From Dehalococcoidia bacterium (GTDB lineage: Bacteria > Chloroflexota > Dehalococcoidia > Bin125), in contig CAXXRD010000001.1 of the NCBI GenBank assembly GCA_963663895.2, positions 768,001 to 832,000 on the forward strand: 64,000 bases of DNA. The letters run 5' to 3'. A program made the position numbers and the translations under genes. Positions 44,701 through 56,050 of this stretch are shown piece after piece (the first letter of the stretch is position 1; each line of letters begins with the position of its first letter). The notes under the pieces were generated by a model, which did not search any database, had not been told where the DNA came from, and worked only from the letters and a program-made list of their open reading frames with translations.

Positions 44701-46234
44701 CTAGAAAGGCACCGTGGCTTTGAAGTCTCCGAGCGCTTTGGTGAGTTGTGCCTCGGTGTCCTCGTTCAGATCGCCGGTCGCATCAATGGCGTCGGCGATC
44801 TGGGGGTGGCTGCTGTTGAGGAAGTCGACGAGGGCTTTTTCGAAGGCGCCGACCTTGTTGACCGCGACATCGTCCAGGAAAGCCGTGCCCGGCGGCCCAG
44901 ATCGCGGCGACCTGGTGACCAAGGCGCAGGGGCTCGTTCTCGGGTTGAACGAGGAGGGCGTTGAGCCGCAGGCCCCGCTCCAGCTGACGGCGGGTAGCGG
45001 GGTCGAGGTCGGCGGTCCCAAACTGGGCGAACGCCTGGAGATCGCGGAATTGCGCCATATCGAGGCGGAGCTGGCCAGCGACCGCCCGCATCGCCTTGCG
45101 CTGGGCGGCACCCCCGACGCGGCTGACCGAGATGCCGGCGTTCACGGCGGGGCGCTGGCCGGCATTGAAGAGGTCCGCCTCCAGGAAGATCTGGCCGTCG
45201 GTGATGGAGATGACGTTCGTGGGAATGTAGGCGGAGACGTCGCCCGCCTGGGTTTCGATGATCGGCAGAGCGGTCATTGACCCGCCGCCGTTGGCGGCGT
45301 TGAGCTTGGCGGAGCGCTCCAACAGACGGGAGTGCAGGTAGAAAACGTCGCCCGGGAAGGCTTCGCGACCGGGAGGACGGCGCAGCAGCAACGAGACTTG
45401 ACGGTAGGCCCAGGCATGCTTGCTGAGGTCGTCATAGACGATGAGGGTGTCCTTGGCCTTGCTCCATGAAGTGCTCGGCGATGGCGCAACCGGCGTAGGG
45501 CGCGATGTATTGCTGGGCGGCGGCCTCGGAGGAACTGGCGGCGACGACGACCGTGTGATCGAGCGCGCCGTGCTCCTCTAAAACGCCGACGACCTGCGCG
45601 ACTTTGGCCTGTTTTTGGCCGATGGCGACGTAGACGCAGAGTAGGGTCGCCCCCTTTTTGGTTAATGATGGTGTCGATTGCGATGGCGGACTTGCCGGTC
45701 TGGCGGTCGCCGATGATGAGTTCGCGCTGGCCGCGACCGATGGGGATCATGGCATCGATCGCTTTGATGCCCGTTTGCACGGGGGTGTCGACGCTCTGGC
45801 GCGTGACGACGTTGGGGGCGATGCGCTCGACGGGACGGCGGGCGGCCGCCTGGATAGGGCCTTTGCCGTCGATCGGATCGCCCAGGGCGTTGACAACGCG
45901 ACCGATGAGCGCGTCGCCAACGGGGACGTCGGCAACGCGGCCAGTGGTCCGGACCTCGTCGCCTTCCTCGATCTGCTCGTAGGCACCGAGGATGACGGCG
46001 CCGACGATCTCCTCTTCCAAGTTCAAGGCCATGCCCATGATCGGATTGCCTTGCGCGTCGGTGTGGGGAAACTCCAGCAGCTCCCCAGCCAAAGCGCCGG
46101 AGAGGCCGTGGATGCGGGCGATCCCATCCGCGGCTTCGACAACCGTGCCCACGTCTGCCGCGACGACGCCCGTCTCGAAGCCTTCGATCTGCTGGCGAAT
46201 GATGGAAGCGATTCTCTTCTGGGCGAACAGCCAT
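44701..46234 (-). CDS. atpA: ATP synthase alpha subunit (about 4 apparent frameshifts)
   Basis: [59 protein letters not shown]. Confidence 0.95.
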
Positions 46235-46243
46235 AGTTCTCTC

Positions 46244-46789
46244 CTACCGGCTGCGGCCGGCGATGCTTTGGCGGAGGCCGTGCAGTCGCGTACGAACGCT
46301 GCCGTCGACGAGGTGGTCGCCGATGCGCAGGACGGCTCCACCGAGCACTTCCCGCGCGACATCTTCCTGGAGCGCCACTTCCGTCGCGCCGGCAGCGGTA
46401 CGGATGGCAGCGGACAGCTGCGTGCGCGCGTTGTCCGTGAGGGGGATTGCCGTGGTGATGTGCGCGCGGACGACGCCGCGCTGATCGTTGAGGAGCTCGT
46501 CGAAGATCTCGACGATCTCCTCAGTGAGGGCGAGACGACGCTTACGTACGAGCAAGCGGGCGAAGTTGAGGACCTGGGGGTCCACGCCCTCAAGGCCCTG
46601 TTGCAACAGCTCGGTCTTGCGGGCTTCGGGGGTCGTGGCGCTGGTCAGGAAACCGCCGACGGTGGGCTCAGCGACGAGAGCGCGCAGCCTCTCGAGGTCG
46701 GCGCGCCAGCGGTCGAAGGCAGCCGCGTCACGGGCGATCCCGAAGATCGCTTGAGCGTAACGCTTGGCGGCGACTTCGCGAACGGGCAC
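46244..46789 (-). CDS. atpH: ATP synthase delta subunit
   Basis: [32 protein letters not shown]. Confidence 0.93.
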   Translation of the reverse strand: MPVREVAAKRYAQAIFGIARDAAAFDRWRADLERLRALVAEPTVGGFLTSATTPEARKTELLQQGLEGVDPQVLNFARLLVRKRRLALTEEIVEIFDELLNDQRGVVRAHITTAIPLTDNARTQLSAAIRTAAGATEVALQEDVAREVLGGAVLRIGDHLVDGSVRTRLHGLRQSIAGRSR

Positions 46790-46807
46790 GACAGCCGTTC
46801 TCCCGCG

Positions 46808-47314
46808 CTAATTCTGACTGGCGGTGCCGAAGGTCGACTCGGCCAGCATTTCCTGGATAAGGCGCTCGTGGGCGTCGCGATCGAGGGCCTGGCCGATCAC
46901 GCGCTCGGCGGCGGCGATGGTCAGGTCGGCGAACTCTTCGCGGACACGGGCGATGGCAAGATCGCGCTCCTGCTGGATCTCCTGTCGCGCACGGGCGACG
47001 ATCTGCTCCGCTTCTTGGCGCGCGTTGTCGCGCGCCTCGGCTTCGATGCGTTGCGCGATCTCCTGGGCTTGGGCGACGAGGGCCTGGCCCTCCTGCCTCC
47101 CTTGCTGAATTTCGGTCTGAGCCTGGGCCTGGGCGTCTTGCACGGCAGCCTGGGCACGCTCAGAGGCCTTCAAGCCATCTTCAATCCGCCGCCGGCGCTC
47201 GTCCAAGACGCGCCGGAGAGGCTTGTGCAGGAATACCCAGAGGATCAGCAACAGGATGCCGAAGTTGACAAACTGCGTGATCAGGCCGGGCAAGTTAATG
47301 CCGAGACCGTCCAC
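46808..47314 (-). CDS. atpF: ATP synthase b subunit
   Basis: LGIN...QFVNFGILL..L...KPL...LDERR followed by coiled coil. Confidence 0.95.
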   Translation of the reverse strand: MDGLGINLPGLITQFVNFGILLLILWVFLHKPLRRVLDERRRRIEDGLKASERAQAAVQDAQAQAQTEIQQGRQEGQALVAQAQEIAQRIEAEARDNARQEAEQIVARARQEIQQERDLAIARVREEFADLTIAAAERVIGQALDRDAHERLIQEMLAESTFGTASQN

Positions 47315-47335
47315 GGCGCTCTCCTTTCCGAAAGG

Positions 47336-47368
47336 GAGGGCGGCGAGTCGCGGGAGCGTGCCGCCCTC
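47336..47368. promoter_or_regulatory. Intercistronic hairpin between atpE and atpF
   Basis: 9-bp stem GAGGGCGGC/GCCGCCCTC. Confidence 0.5.
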
Positions 47369-47389
47369 GGGGTCGCACGCGCGGCGGCG

Positions 47390-47653
47390 TTAGAAGACGA
47401 ACCCGATCATCACGGCGACGACCAGAGCGTAGATGCCGATCGCTTCCGCAAAGGCCATGCCCAAGATCATGTTGGGCTGGATGCGCTCGGCGGCGTCTGG
47501 GTTGCGGCCGAGCGATTCCATCGCTTTGCCCACCAACCAGCCGATGCCGAGTGCCGGTCCCAGGGCCCCGAACCCGATCGCGAGTCCGGCTCCGAGGAAC
47601 TTCAGTCCGTCCGAGAATCCTGTGTCGCCGATTTGGAGTACGAGATCAGGCAT
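47390..47653 (-). CDS. atpE: ATP synthase c subunit (H+-type signature)
   Basis: GAGLAIG.GALGPALGIG, RNP, FAEAIGIY; lacks the Na+ ES/ET motif. Confidence 0.95.
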   Translation of the reverse strand: MPDLVLQIGDTGFSDGLKFLGAGLAIGFGALGPALGIGWLVGKAMESLGRNPDAAERIQPNMILGMAFAEAIGIYALVVAVMIGFVF

Positions 47654-47707
47654 ACCTTCCTCCGCCAGCGGCCACGCGGCCGCACTTGCCTCGAATGAAT
47701 GAGCCGC

Positions 47708-49243
47708 TCAATGGGCGGCGGGACTCCCTTTCGTGCTCTTCGTCATCGTGGGCGCCGTGGGAAACGGCGGTGACCGCGAAGACGAGCGTGAGCATGGCGA
47801 AGACAAACGCTTGGATGACGCTCACGAAGACTTCCAAGCCGTAGAACACCGTGGCCACCAGGAAGGGGACCAGGAACGCCGCCATGAATAGCAGGATTTC
47901 GCCCGCGAAGATATTGCCGAAGAGTCCGGAAGGTGAAGGAAACGATGCGGGCGACCTCGGAGATGATCTCCAGGATCCCCACCATCAAACCGACGGGGCC
48001 CTTGACGAGGGCGGCGTCCCCGACGCCGATGAAGCGCCCCGAAATTGGTGCCGAGGCCGAGGGATCGGATCCCCCACCACTGCACCCAGATAAAGGCCCA
48101 CAGGGCGATGGCCAGCGGCAAGTTGATGTCTGTGGCGATCGATCGGAAGAAGGGAAAGATCAGGCCGATGCCTTCGCCGTCTTCCAGGCCCTCTTGGGCA
48201 CGCTTGAGCACAACGCCGACATGGGCGGTGTTGACGGTGATGGGCAGGGTGATCTCGCCGGCGGCGGCGGGGCGATTCTCTTCGCTGGCTTCGTGTGTAG
48301 GCGTGAAGATGCGGGCGTCGCTGTAGCCGCCCACGTCGGCGACGATGGGGTCGACGAAGGGGTCGAATTCAAAGTCCTTGGCGCGGAGAGGAATGATGTC
48401 GACGCCGCCCGCGTTGAGGATGGCGCCGTTGAGCTCGGTGTCGCCGACATCGGTGACGGCGAGCGGCAAGTTGAAGACGAGGTAGTGCTCGATCGCCGCT
48501 TCTGGGAGGCCGGCGGCGAGGAGCCGCTCCTCAATGGCATGCTCCACGTCGGCGGGATCGGTATCGGCGGGGATGGGATGATCCGTGAACTGGGCACGGA
48601 CGGCGGCGTCCTGGGAGCCGATCTCCCCCGTAAGGAGCGTGGCGATGCGTTGGTCCGCCTCGGCCTGGTGACTCGCCTCGACGGGGATGGGTTCGGTCGC
48701 GACGTTGGCGAAGGCCTGGTTCAAGGCCTCGATGGAGATGACCTGCTCGTGCCCTTGATGGATCTCGTGGAACAGCTCTTCGGCATTCTCCTCTAGCTCT
48801 TCGAGCCACAAGACGCGTTCGTCCTCGGTGACGCCGATCACGTTGTTCCAGGGAAAGAGGCCGAACCAGTTGCCGATCAGGAGGAAGAGGAAGATCGAGG
48901 CGACGACCGGAAAGAAGCGGCGGGCGTTCTTCCTGCCCGCAACGAGCTCGACGATGTTGTAGAAGGCCTCAATGAGCGCCTCAAGGAGATTCTGAAACCC
49001 GCGCGGAACGAGCGCGCTCTCCACACGGCGCAGACGCCGGTAGAGCAGGAGCGTGGGGATGGCCATCAAGATGATGACGACCCAGGCGGAGAGGAATCGT
49101 GTTGGTGATGCTGTAGCCCCCGAGGTCCACGATCTCCTCGGCGGCGATGGACGATGTGCGGGGTGGGTGCCCTTGAGGAACGCGAAGCCGACGACAAGGA
49201 TGATCAGGGAGAGGAGCAGGTACCCGTTGCGCTTACTCAGCAC
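47708..49243 (-). CDS. atpB: ATP synthase a subunit with large loop insertion (several apparent frameshifts)
   Basis: VPRGFQNLLE, NWFGLFP, FRSIATDIN, SFTFR-LFGNIFAGE, LEVFVSVIQAFVFAML. True stop probably 47708; ORF track runs on to 47646. Confidence 0.9.
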
Positions 49244-49271
49244 GCGAGACCTCCCAAGGCGCGCGGGAGCG

Positions 49272-49510
49272 TCACGGCCGACCGCTGCCGGGGGGAGACA
49301 TGACGTTCTTCAGCATGCGATAGGCGCCCCAAGCCGCCACGATCATCCCCAAGAGGATGCCGAGAAGCGTGAACAATGGTTTTGCGTCGACCTTGGCCGT
49401 CGAGCCAGAGTCCGCCCAACGTGCCGAGGACGATACAGGTGGCAAAGTACCAGCCGATCCCCACAAGCTGAAAGGCCGGCGGAAGATTACGTATCGCCGC
49501 GACCCCCCAT
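49272..49510 (-). CDS. AtpZ/AtpI-family small membrane protein (2 apparent frameshifts)
   Basis: LVGIGWYFATCIVLGTLGGLWLD + KPLFTLLGILLG; directly upstream of atpB. Confidence 0.8.
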
Positions 49511-49580
49511 TAAACCAGGAGGGAGCCTATCACGCGCGATCGGGTGGAGCAATGAAGCCGTCGCCCGCGCCCTCCATCGG

Positions 49581-50124
49581 TTAGCGCTTGTCGAAGTCGT
49601 CGAGATCAAGGGCTTTCGATAAAGTCGCGGAAGGCAGACATCTTCTCCAGGTCCTCTTCCTTGACGGGAGTCGGAGGGGGGCGCTCGCCCGCCTGGGTGG
49701 CGACGGCCATCTCGCCCTCTTTATCCATGACCACGCCAGGCTTTTTCGAGCACGGCTTCCTCGGCGAAGATCGGGGCAGCGGCGCGGACGGCGAGGGCGA
49801 GGGCGGCGCTAGGACGGGAGTCGATCTCGAAGGAGCGGATCGTTGATCTGAAATATGGATGCGAGCGTAGAAAGTGTCGTTGTTGAGGTCGTTAACAACA
49901 ACGCGCCTGACCGAGGCGCCGAATTCCTTGAGCGCGTTGGAGAGGAGATCGTGCGTCATGGGACGGGCGACGCTGACGTCTTGAAGGCGAACCGCGATGG
50001 CGTCCGCCTCGGCGGCGCCGATCCAGATCGGGAGGAAGCGCTCTGCTCCTTTCTCTTTGAGCACGACGACCCGCTGATAATTCATCAGGGAGACGCGAAT
50101 GCTTTCGATCCGGAGTTCGATCAT
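49581..50124 (-). CDS. Bifunctional nuclease (DUF151) family protein (apparent frameshifts in 3' half)
   Basis: VVVLKE...LPIWIG.AEA.AIA...RPMTHDL...FYARI; ends FRDFIESLDLDDFDKR after repair. Confidence 0.88.
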
Positions 50125-50169
50125 CGCCGCCTCGCGCGAGGACAAGGAGTGCGGTGGGCCAGCGCGTCG

Positions 50170-50199
50170 AGCATAGGACCGCTTAAAAAAACATGTCAA
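50170..50199 (-). promoter_or_regulatory. Sigma70-type promoter for DUF151-atp operon
   Basis: TTGACA (50199-50194)-18 bp-TATGCT (50175-50170). Confidence 0.7.
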
Positions 50200-50214
50200 T
50201 GAAGGGGCGGGCAG

Positions 50215-51644
50215 CTACGGGGGCGCGGGCTGGGCGGGGGGAGCCGTTTGGCGGGCGGCCAGGCGCCGCATCTGCACGCTCACCAGAGCGAGAAAGAGCG
50301 TAATCCCGGCGACGACGAAGAGCACCCGCTCGATGCCGATGGCGTCGGCGATCCCGCCGACGGCGAGGAGAACCACCATGGAGACCCCGTTAGCCAGCAT
50401 CAGCTGGGCCGCGAAGATGCGGCCGCGCATTTCGGCGGGGGCGCGCTCGTGCAGCTCGGTCTGGGGCGGGCGCGTTGACCAGGCCGTAGCAAACGCCGAG
50501 AGGGAAGGCGAAGAGCAGGGTGACGAAGACGAGGAGGGAGACGCCGCCGACTTGGTCGGGGCCGAGGAGGCCGAAGGGTTGCCGGTCTTGCAGGAAGTCG
50601 ACGAAGAAATTGATGCCGCCCATGGCCGCGATGACCACGGTGAGGCCGAAGAGAGCGACCGTGACGATGCCGTTGCCGGTGAAGCGGCGGCCCAGCCAAG
50701 GAAGCATGCGCAAAGCGAGCAGGGCACCGATGCCGGTGGGCCAAAAGATGAAGACGGAGTTGTCGGCGTCGATCTCCAGGATCTCTTGGACGAAGCGCGG
50801 CACGAGAAGCGCGAAGAGGAAGAGCAGCATGCCGCCACTGGCAAGTTGGATGAGCGCGAGGGTGGTCAGACGATCGGCGCGGACGGCATGCCAGGCAGCG
50901 GCGAGCTCACGGGGGACGGTAGCGAGGCGGTCGCGCCAGGTCTCGCTTGTGTAATCGCCGAGGGAGGGGAGGCCGGGCAGGCGACCGATCAGGGGAACGG
51001 TGAGGAGGATGAGGGCGGCGGCAAGGATGTAGGAGCCGTCGAAGCCGAGCGCTTTGAGCATCACCGGGGCCAGGAAGACCATGCCGACCAGTTGGGAGAA
51101 GGTGAGCGTGACGATGAAAGCCGAGTTGGCGGCGAGCAGTTGGCGGCGGGCCACGAAGCTGGGCACGGCGGCAGTGGCCGCCGGAAGAAAGAACTGCCCC
51201 ATGGTCGCGGTCAGGAAGGTGATGGCGTAGATGGCGAGGAGGGAGTTGTCGGCGAAGAGGAGGAGCACGGTCAGCACGGCACGCAAGGCGTTGGTGATGA
51301 TCATGACCGTGCGCTTGTTCCAGCGGTCCACAAGGACGCCGGAGACCAAGCCGAAAACGACGGGCGGGGCGGCGAGGGCGATGAATCAAGCCGGAACCCG
51401 CCAAGCTACTGCCGGTTTTTTCGACGATCAGGATGAGGAGAACGAACTGCAGCGCCGTGTTGGTGGTTTGGGCGATACCCTGCGCGGCCCACAGCGAGAC
51501 GAAGCGATCGTTACGAAAAAGGGGACCGTCCACCGGCGCTTCGGAGCGAGCGGCCGTGTGGAAGATCCAAGCGAGCAAGCCCAGCCGCCCCGGCCGAGAA
51601 GGGGCGGGCGGCGGCCCGTCCTGCGCGGGCTTATCCGCGCTCAC
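50215..51644 (-). CDS. MFS transporter (2 apparent frameshifts near 51390, 50460)
   Basis: FRNDRFVSLWAAQ, SGVLVDRWNKR, QFFLPA, MRGRIFA. Confidence 0.88.
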
Positions 51645-53018
51645 GGCGCGGAGCGAACGCGGCGCAAGCGCCGCGTGAGATTCAAGGGATCGGCTTTACC
51701 CCATTGGGCGTAGGCCCAGGCGTAGACCAGCAGCAGCGGCGCCAAGGCAAGGACGATGCGCACGTCCACGACTTCGGCCAGCGCCCCTCCCACGAGGAGC
51801 GGAGCGATGGAGGCGAGGCTGGACATCAAGCTCTGGACGGAGAAGATGCGCCCCTGCATGAGCAAGGGCACCCGCTCATTGAGGACGACGTTGGCGGCGA
51901 CATTGACGACCGAGAGGGCAAACCCCAGCGGGAAGGCGATCAGCATCACCATCTGCGACTTGGCGCTGATGTCGGGGAGCGGGCCGAGACCCTGGTCGCT
52001 GAAGCCGAAGAGGGTCCCGATCGTGGCGTCGACGCCGTCGATAAAGGCAAGCAGCAAGAGAGCGGCGATGAAGCCAACGATGCCGGCCGTACCCAGCCAA
52101 GCAGCGTCGCGGCGGCGGGCGAGGGAGGAAACGAGGCGCAGCCCGACGAGCATGCCGATCACGCCGGGCAAGAGCACGATCGGAAGGTCGCTCACCCCTT
52201 GGCCCAGCACCTCCTGTAAGTAGACGGGCATCAGCGCGGCGAGCAAGGGGATGGTGGCGGCGAGGAGGGTGAGCTGGACGGCGGCGCGAAAGACGATGCG
52301 GTCCTGCTTGAGGAAATCGAGCGCTTCGAGAAAGGCCTGTTTGCCCCAGCGTGAGGCTTCGTCCGGGAAGCGAGGGGCGAGCCTCCCGGAACCGCCGGGG
52401 ATCACGGCGGCGTAGATGGCGGCCGCGGAGAAGAAGATGGCGGTGACCACAAAGAGCGCACCAATGCCAGCGAGCTCGGCGAGCAGCGGGGCGAGGATCG
52501 CGAGTCCCGCGATCTGCGCAAGGTAGCGCATGAGGTTGAGGAAGGCGTTGGCGCTGGTGAGCTCGGCCTTCCCGACGAGCGTGGGAACGAGCGCGGACTC
52601 AGCCGGGCCGACGAAGGGGGCGAGCATCGCAAGCAGGGCCGCCAAGAAGTAGATCTCGACCACGCCTTGCGTGCTGAGAACGAACACAAAGCAGACGCCG
52701 GCGCGCAGGGCGTTAGCGGCGAGGAGCGTCCAGCGCTTGGGAACGGCGTCGATCACGGAGCCCGCGACCACGCCGAGGACGGCGGAGGGGAGGACCCACA
52801 GGAGCACGAGGAGGCTGATCTCGATGCCCGAGCTGGTTAGCTGGGCGATGGCGATGAGCGATCCGAACTGAGCGGTGTTGGAAGCGATCTGGCCGAGGGG
52901 TGCGGGCGAGCCAGAGGACACGGAAATCGCGGTTCAGGTAGACGGGCGAGTGCGCCGACTCCGGAGCTTCGGCGCCCGGGTCGCCCTCGGAGCCCGCGCC
53001 GGTCGCGAGCCGCATCAT
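51641..53018 (-). CDS. MFS transporter (apparent frameshift near 52910)
   Basis: NRDFRVLW, AGSVIDAVPKR, FVGPAESALVP, MQGRIFS. Confidence 0.88.
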
Positions 53019-53815
53019 GGGGGATCGGGCAGGGGAAGGGCTGCGTTGATCGCGTCGCGCAGGCGCATCGCCGCCGCCCGCGCGGCAGCCGCAAAATCGG
53101 GGCCCTGCGAAGCGTAGAGGATGGATCGAGAGGCCGTAATGAGGAGGCCCGCGCCCCCGGCGTCGACGCCCGCCGCGAGGGAAGCTTCAAGGTCGCCGCC
53201 CTGAGCGCCGATGCCGGGGATGAGGATGGGAAGGGTGGGGCAGCGCGCGCGCACGGCTCGCAGCGCCGCTGGGTCGGCGGCGCCGACGACGAGGCCGCTG
53301 TTGCCGTGTTCGGCGCCCCATTCCATCGCGAGCTGCGCAACACGCAGGTAGAGCGGCTCGCCGCCCACGTCGAGATCCTGCAGATCGGCGGCGCCAGGAT
53401 TGGAGGTGCGACAGAGTACGAAGGCGGCGCGGTCCGGGCGGGCGAGAAAGGGGCGTACCGCGTCGCCGCCCATATAGGGGCTGACCGTGACGGCATCCGC
53501 GCCAAGCTCGTCGAAGGCGGCCGCAGCGTAAGCGGCGGCGCTATTGGGGATATCACCGCGCTTGCCGTCAAGGATGACGGGAATGGCATCCGGCACCGCT
53601 GCGATGGTCTGGCGCAGGATGCGCCAGCCTTCGGAGCCGTATGCCTCATAAAAGGCCGCGTTGGGTTTGTAGGCGCATACGAGGTCGTTCGTCGCGTCGA
53701 TGATGGCGCGATTGAAGAGGAGCGCGTCTTCAAGGTCAGGGCGGGGGTCGAGGCCGACGCAAAGCAGCGAGCGGTTGGTGATGCGGGCGGCGGCCAAGGT
53801 TTCGCGGAAGCTCAT
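53015..53815 (-). CDS. pyrF: Orotidine-5'-phosphate decarboxylase
   Basis: LCVGLDP, YKPNAAFYE, LDGKRGDI, RTSNPG, PGIGAQGG, SRSILYA. Confidence 0.96.
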   Translation of the reverse strand: MSFRETLAAARITNRSLLCVGLDPRPDLEDALLFNRAIIDATNDLVCAYKPNAAFYEAYGSEGWRILRQTIAAVPDAIPVILDGKRGDIPNSAAAYAAAAFDELGADAVTVSPYMGGDAVRPFLARPDRAAFVLCRTSNPGAADLQDLDVGGEPLYLRVAQLAMEWGAEHGNSGLVVGAADPAALRAVRARCPTLPILIPGIGAQGGDLEASLAAGVDAGGAGLLITASRSILYASQGPDFAAAARAAAMRLRDAINAALPLPDPP

Positions 53816-53908
53816 GTGGTGATCTTACCGGGCAGGTTTCCCACAGCCGTACCGGCATCGCGAGGCGGGGCGTTTCGCGGACGGCACGGCGCGAGTATGG
53901 TCGGCGAA

Positions 53909-54640
53909 ATGGCGGCCCGAGCATCTGTCGCCGTGCACTTGACGCCACCCGCACCGTATCTGGTCGCGGGGCGGACGGCGGTGCTGATCGACACACTGCG
54001 GGCGACCACGACCATGACGACGTTGGTACGGGGCGGAGTGGCGGCGATCTACGCCTGCCCAAGTATCGAGGCGGCGCGTGCGCTGGCGGGGCGCTTGCAG
54101 GGCAGCCGGCTGTGCGGCGAGGTGGAGGGAGAGCGCCCGGAAGGGTTCGATTTCGGCAACTCGCCGACGGAGTTCGCAGCGCTGGACGTCGCGGGGTGGA
54201 ACGTGGTGCAGGCCACCACCAACGGTACCCCCGCGCTGCGGTTAGCAGCCAATGCGAGGCAGACGCTGGCCTGCTGTCTGCGCAATCGCGGCGCGGTGGC
54301 GGCCCGACTTGCCGGCGAGCCCGCGATCGCGATCGTGTGCGGGGGGGAGGAAGGCGGAACGACAGCCTCCGTCGAGGATACCTACACGGCGGGAGCGCTG
54401 GTGGACAGACTGTGTACCCACGACCCGGCACTCCAGTTCAACGCGGGAGCGCGGCTCGCGCGCCGGGTGTTTCAAGCATACGGAGACAGCATGGCGGCGT
54501 TTCAGGAGTCTCCGCACGCGGCCGATCTGCGAGCGCGGGGGTTCGCAGCGGACTTGGCGTACGCTGCGGAGCTCGATGTGGAGCGGGCCGTGCCGCGGGC
54601 GCTGGTCAACGCGGAGGGGCAGGTTATCGTCAGCGGCTAA
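53909..54640 (+). CDS. comB: 2-phosphosulfolactate phosphatase (ComB family)
   Basis: IDTLRATTT, GFDFGNSP, TTNGT, ED..TAG; alternative start 53897. Confidence 0.88.
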   Translation: MAARASVAVHLTPPAPYLVAGRTAVLIDTLRATTTMTTLVRGGVAAIYACPSIEAARALAGRLQGSRLCGEVEGERPEGFDFGNSPTEFAALDVAGWNVVQATTNGTPALRLAANARQTLACCLRNRGAVAARLAGEPAIAIVCGGEEGGTTASVEDTYTAGALVDRLCTHDPALQFNAGARLARRVFQAYGDSMAAFQESPHAADLRARGFAADLAYAAELDVERAVPRALVNAEGQVIVSG

Positions 54641-54665
54641 GCTGCATGGCGAATAGGGGGATGCG

Positions 54666-55910
54666 ATGCGCGCGGAGATCGTGTCGGTCGGAACCGAGAT
54701 CCTGCTTGGCGAGATCCAGGACACGAACGCACGGTACCTGGCCCAGCGGCTCCCGGCGCTCGGCATCGATCTCTATTTCATGCACCAAGCAGGCGATAAC
54801 CTGGCGCGCCTGCGCGACACCATCGCCGCGGCGCTGGCGCGGGCCGATCTGGTGCTGGTGACGGGAGGACTGGGCCCCACCGAGGACGACATCACCCGCG
54901 CCGCGATCGCGGCGGTCTTCGGTGAGGAGCCGGCCGTCGACGCGGAGTTGGAGCGCACGCTGCGCGAATTCTTCGCGAGCCGCAACTTAAGGATGCCGGA
55001 GCGGAACGTGAAGCAGGCGATGCTGATCCCGTCGGCCACGGCGATCCCCAACCCACGGGGGACGGCGCCCGGCTGGTGGGTTGAGCGAGACGCCAAGATC
55101 GTGGTGGCCATGCCCGGCCCGCCGGCGGAGCTGTCCGGGATGTGGGAGCGGGATGTGCGCCCGCGGCTGGCCGAGCGCAGCGAGGGAATGGTGATCGTCA
55201 GTCGCACGCTGAAGACGGTGGGGATCGGGGAGGGAGTCGTGGACGAGACGGTCGCGCCGCTGCTGGAGAGCCACAACCCGACGATCGGCGTGTACGCCAA
55301 AGGGGACGGCGTGCATCTGCGGCTGACGGCCAAGGCAACGTCGCCGGCGGCGGCGCGGGCGTTGATCGCGCCCGTGGAAGCGCAGGTGCGGGCGCTGTTC
55401 GGAACGGCGGTATGGGGCGCGGACGACGACACCCTGGCACAAGCCGCGGGCGTGCTGCTCAAGGAGAAGGGGCTCACGCTCGCGGTGATGGAGTCTTGCA
55501 CGGGCGGGTTGCTGGCCAGCGCGATCACGGACGTAGCGGGGTCGAGCGCATACTTCCGGGGTGGGCTGGTGCCGTATACGGCCGAGGCGAAGCAGCAGTA
55601 CGGGGTGCCGGCGCAGGTGATCGCGGCCCATGGATTAGTGAGCGAGGCGACGGCGCGCGCGATGGCGGCGGCGGCGCGCGCAGAGCTGGGCGCGGACGTG
55701 GGGGTCGGGGTCACGGGCGTGGCGGGCCCGGAACCCCACGATGGCGCGCCGGTGGGGACGATCGAGGTCGCGATCGAGACGCCGGATGCGTCGGGGCACG
55801 GGGGATTTGTCTTCGCACAGAGCCGCGAGGCGATCAAACGCCGGGCGGTGACGACGGCGCTGCTGCTGATCCGCAGAGCGGCGCTGGGCGAGCTGCGCGC
55901 AAAGAGCTAA
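54666..55910 (+). CDS. cinA: Competence/damage-inducible protein CinA (with NMN deamidase domain)
   Basis: SVGTEILLG..DTN, TGGLGPTEDDIT, GTAPG, ESCTGG, TGVAGP. Confidence 0.95.
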   Translation: MRAEIVSVGTEILLGEIQDTNARYLAQRLPALGIDLYFMHQAGDNLARLRDTIAAALARADLVLVTGGLGPTEDDITRAAIAAVFGEEPAVDAELERTLREFFASRNLRMPERNVKQAMLIPSATAIPNPRGTAPGWWVERDAKIVVAMPGPPAELSGMWERDVRPRLAERSEGMVIVSRTLKTVGIGEGVVDETVAPLLESHNPTIGVYAKGDGVHLRLTAKATSPAAARALIAPVEAQVRALFGTAVWGADDDTLAQAAGVLLKEKGLTLAVMESCTGGLLASAITDVAGSSAYFRGGLVPYTAEAKQQYGVPAQVIAAHGLVSEATARAMAAAARAELGADVGVGVTGVAGPEPHDGAPVGTIEVAIETPDASGHGGFVFAQSREAIKRRAVTTALLLIRRAALGELRAKS

Positions 55911-56050
55911 CCACGTCCAGCGCGATCGGTCAGAGCCGGCGGTACGCATGGTACCGTTGGCCGCGGCGGGGTGGCATGGCCGACGCCAATGCTCCCCGTG
56001 AGCCGATCCGTCGCGCGGCGCGGACAGCAGGCGCTCCTAGTAGAGACGGC

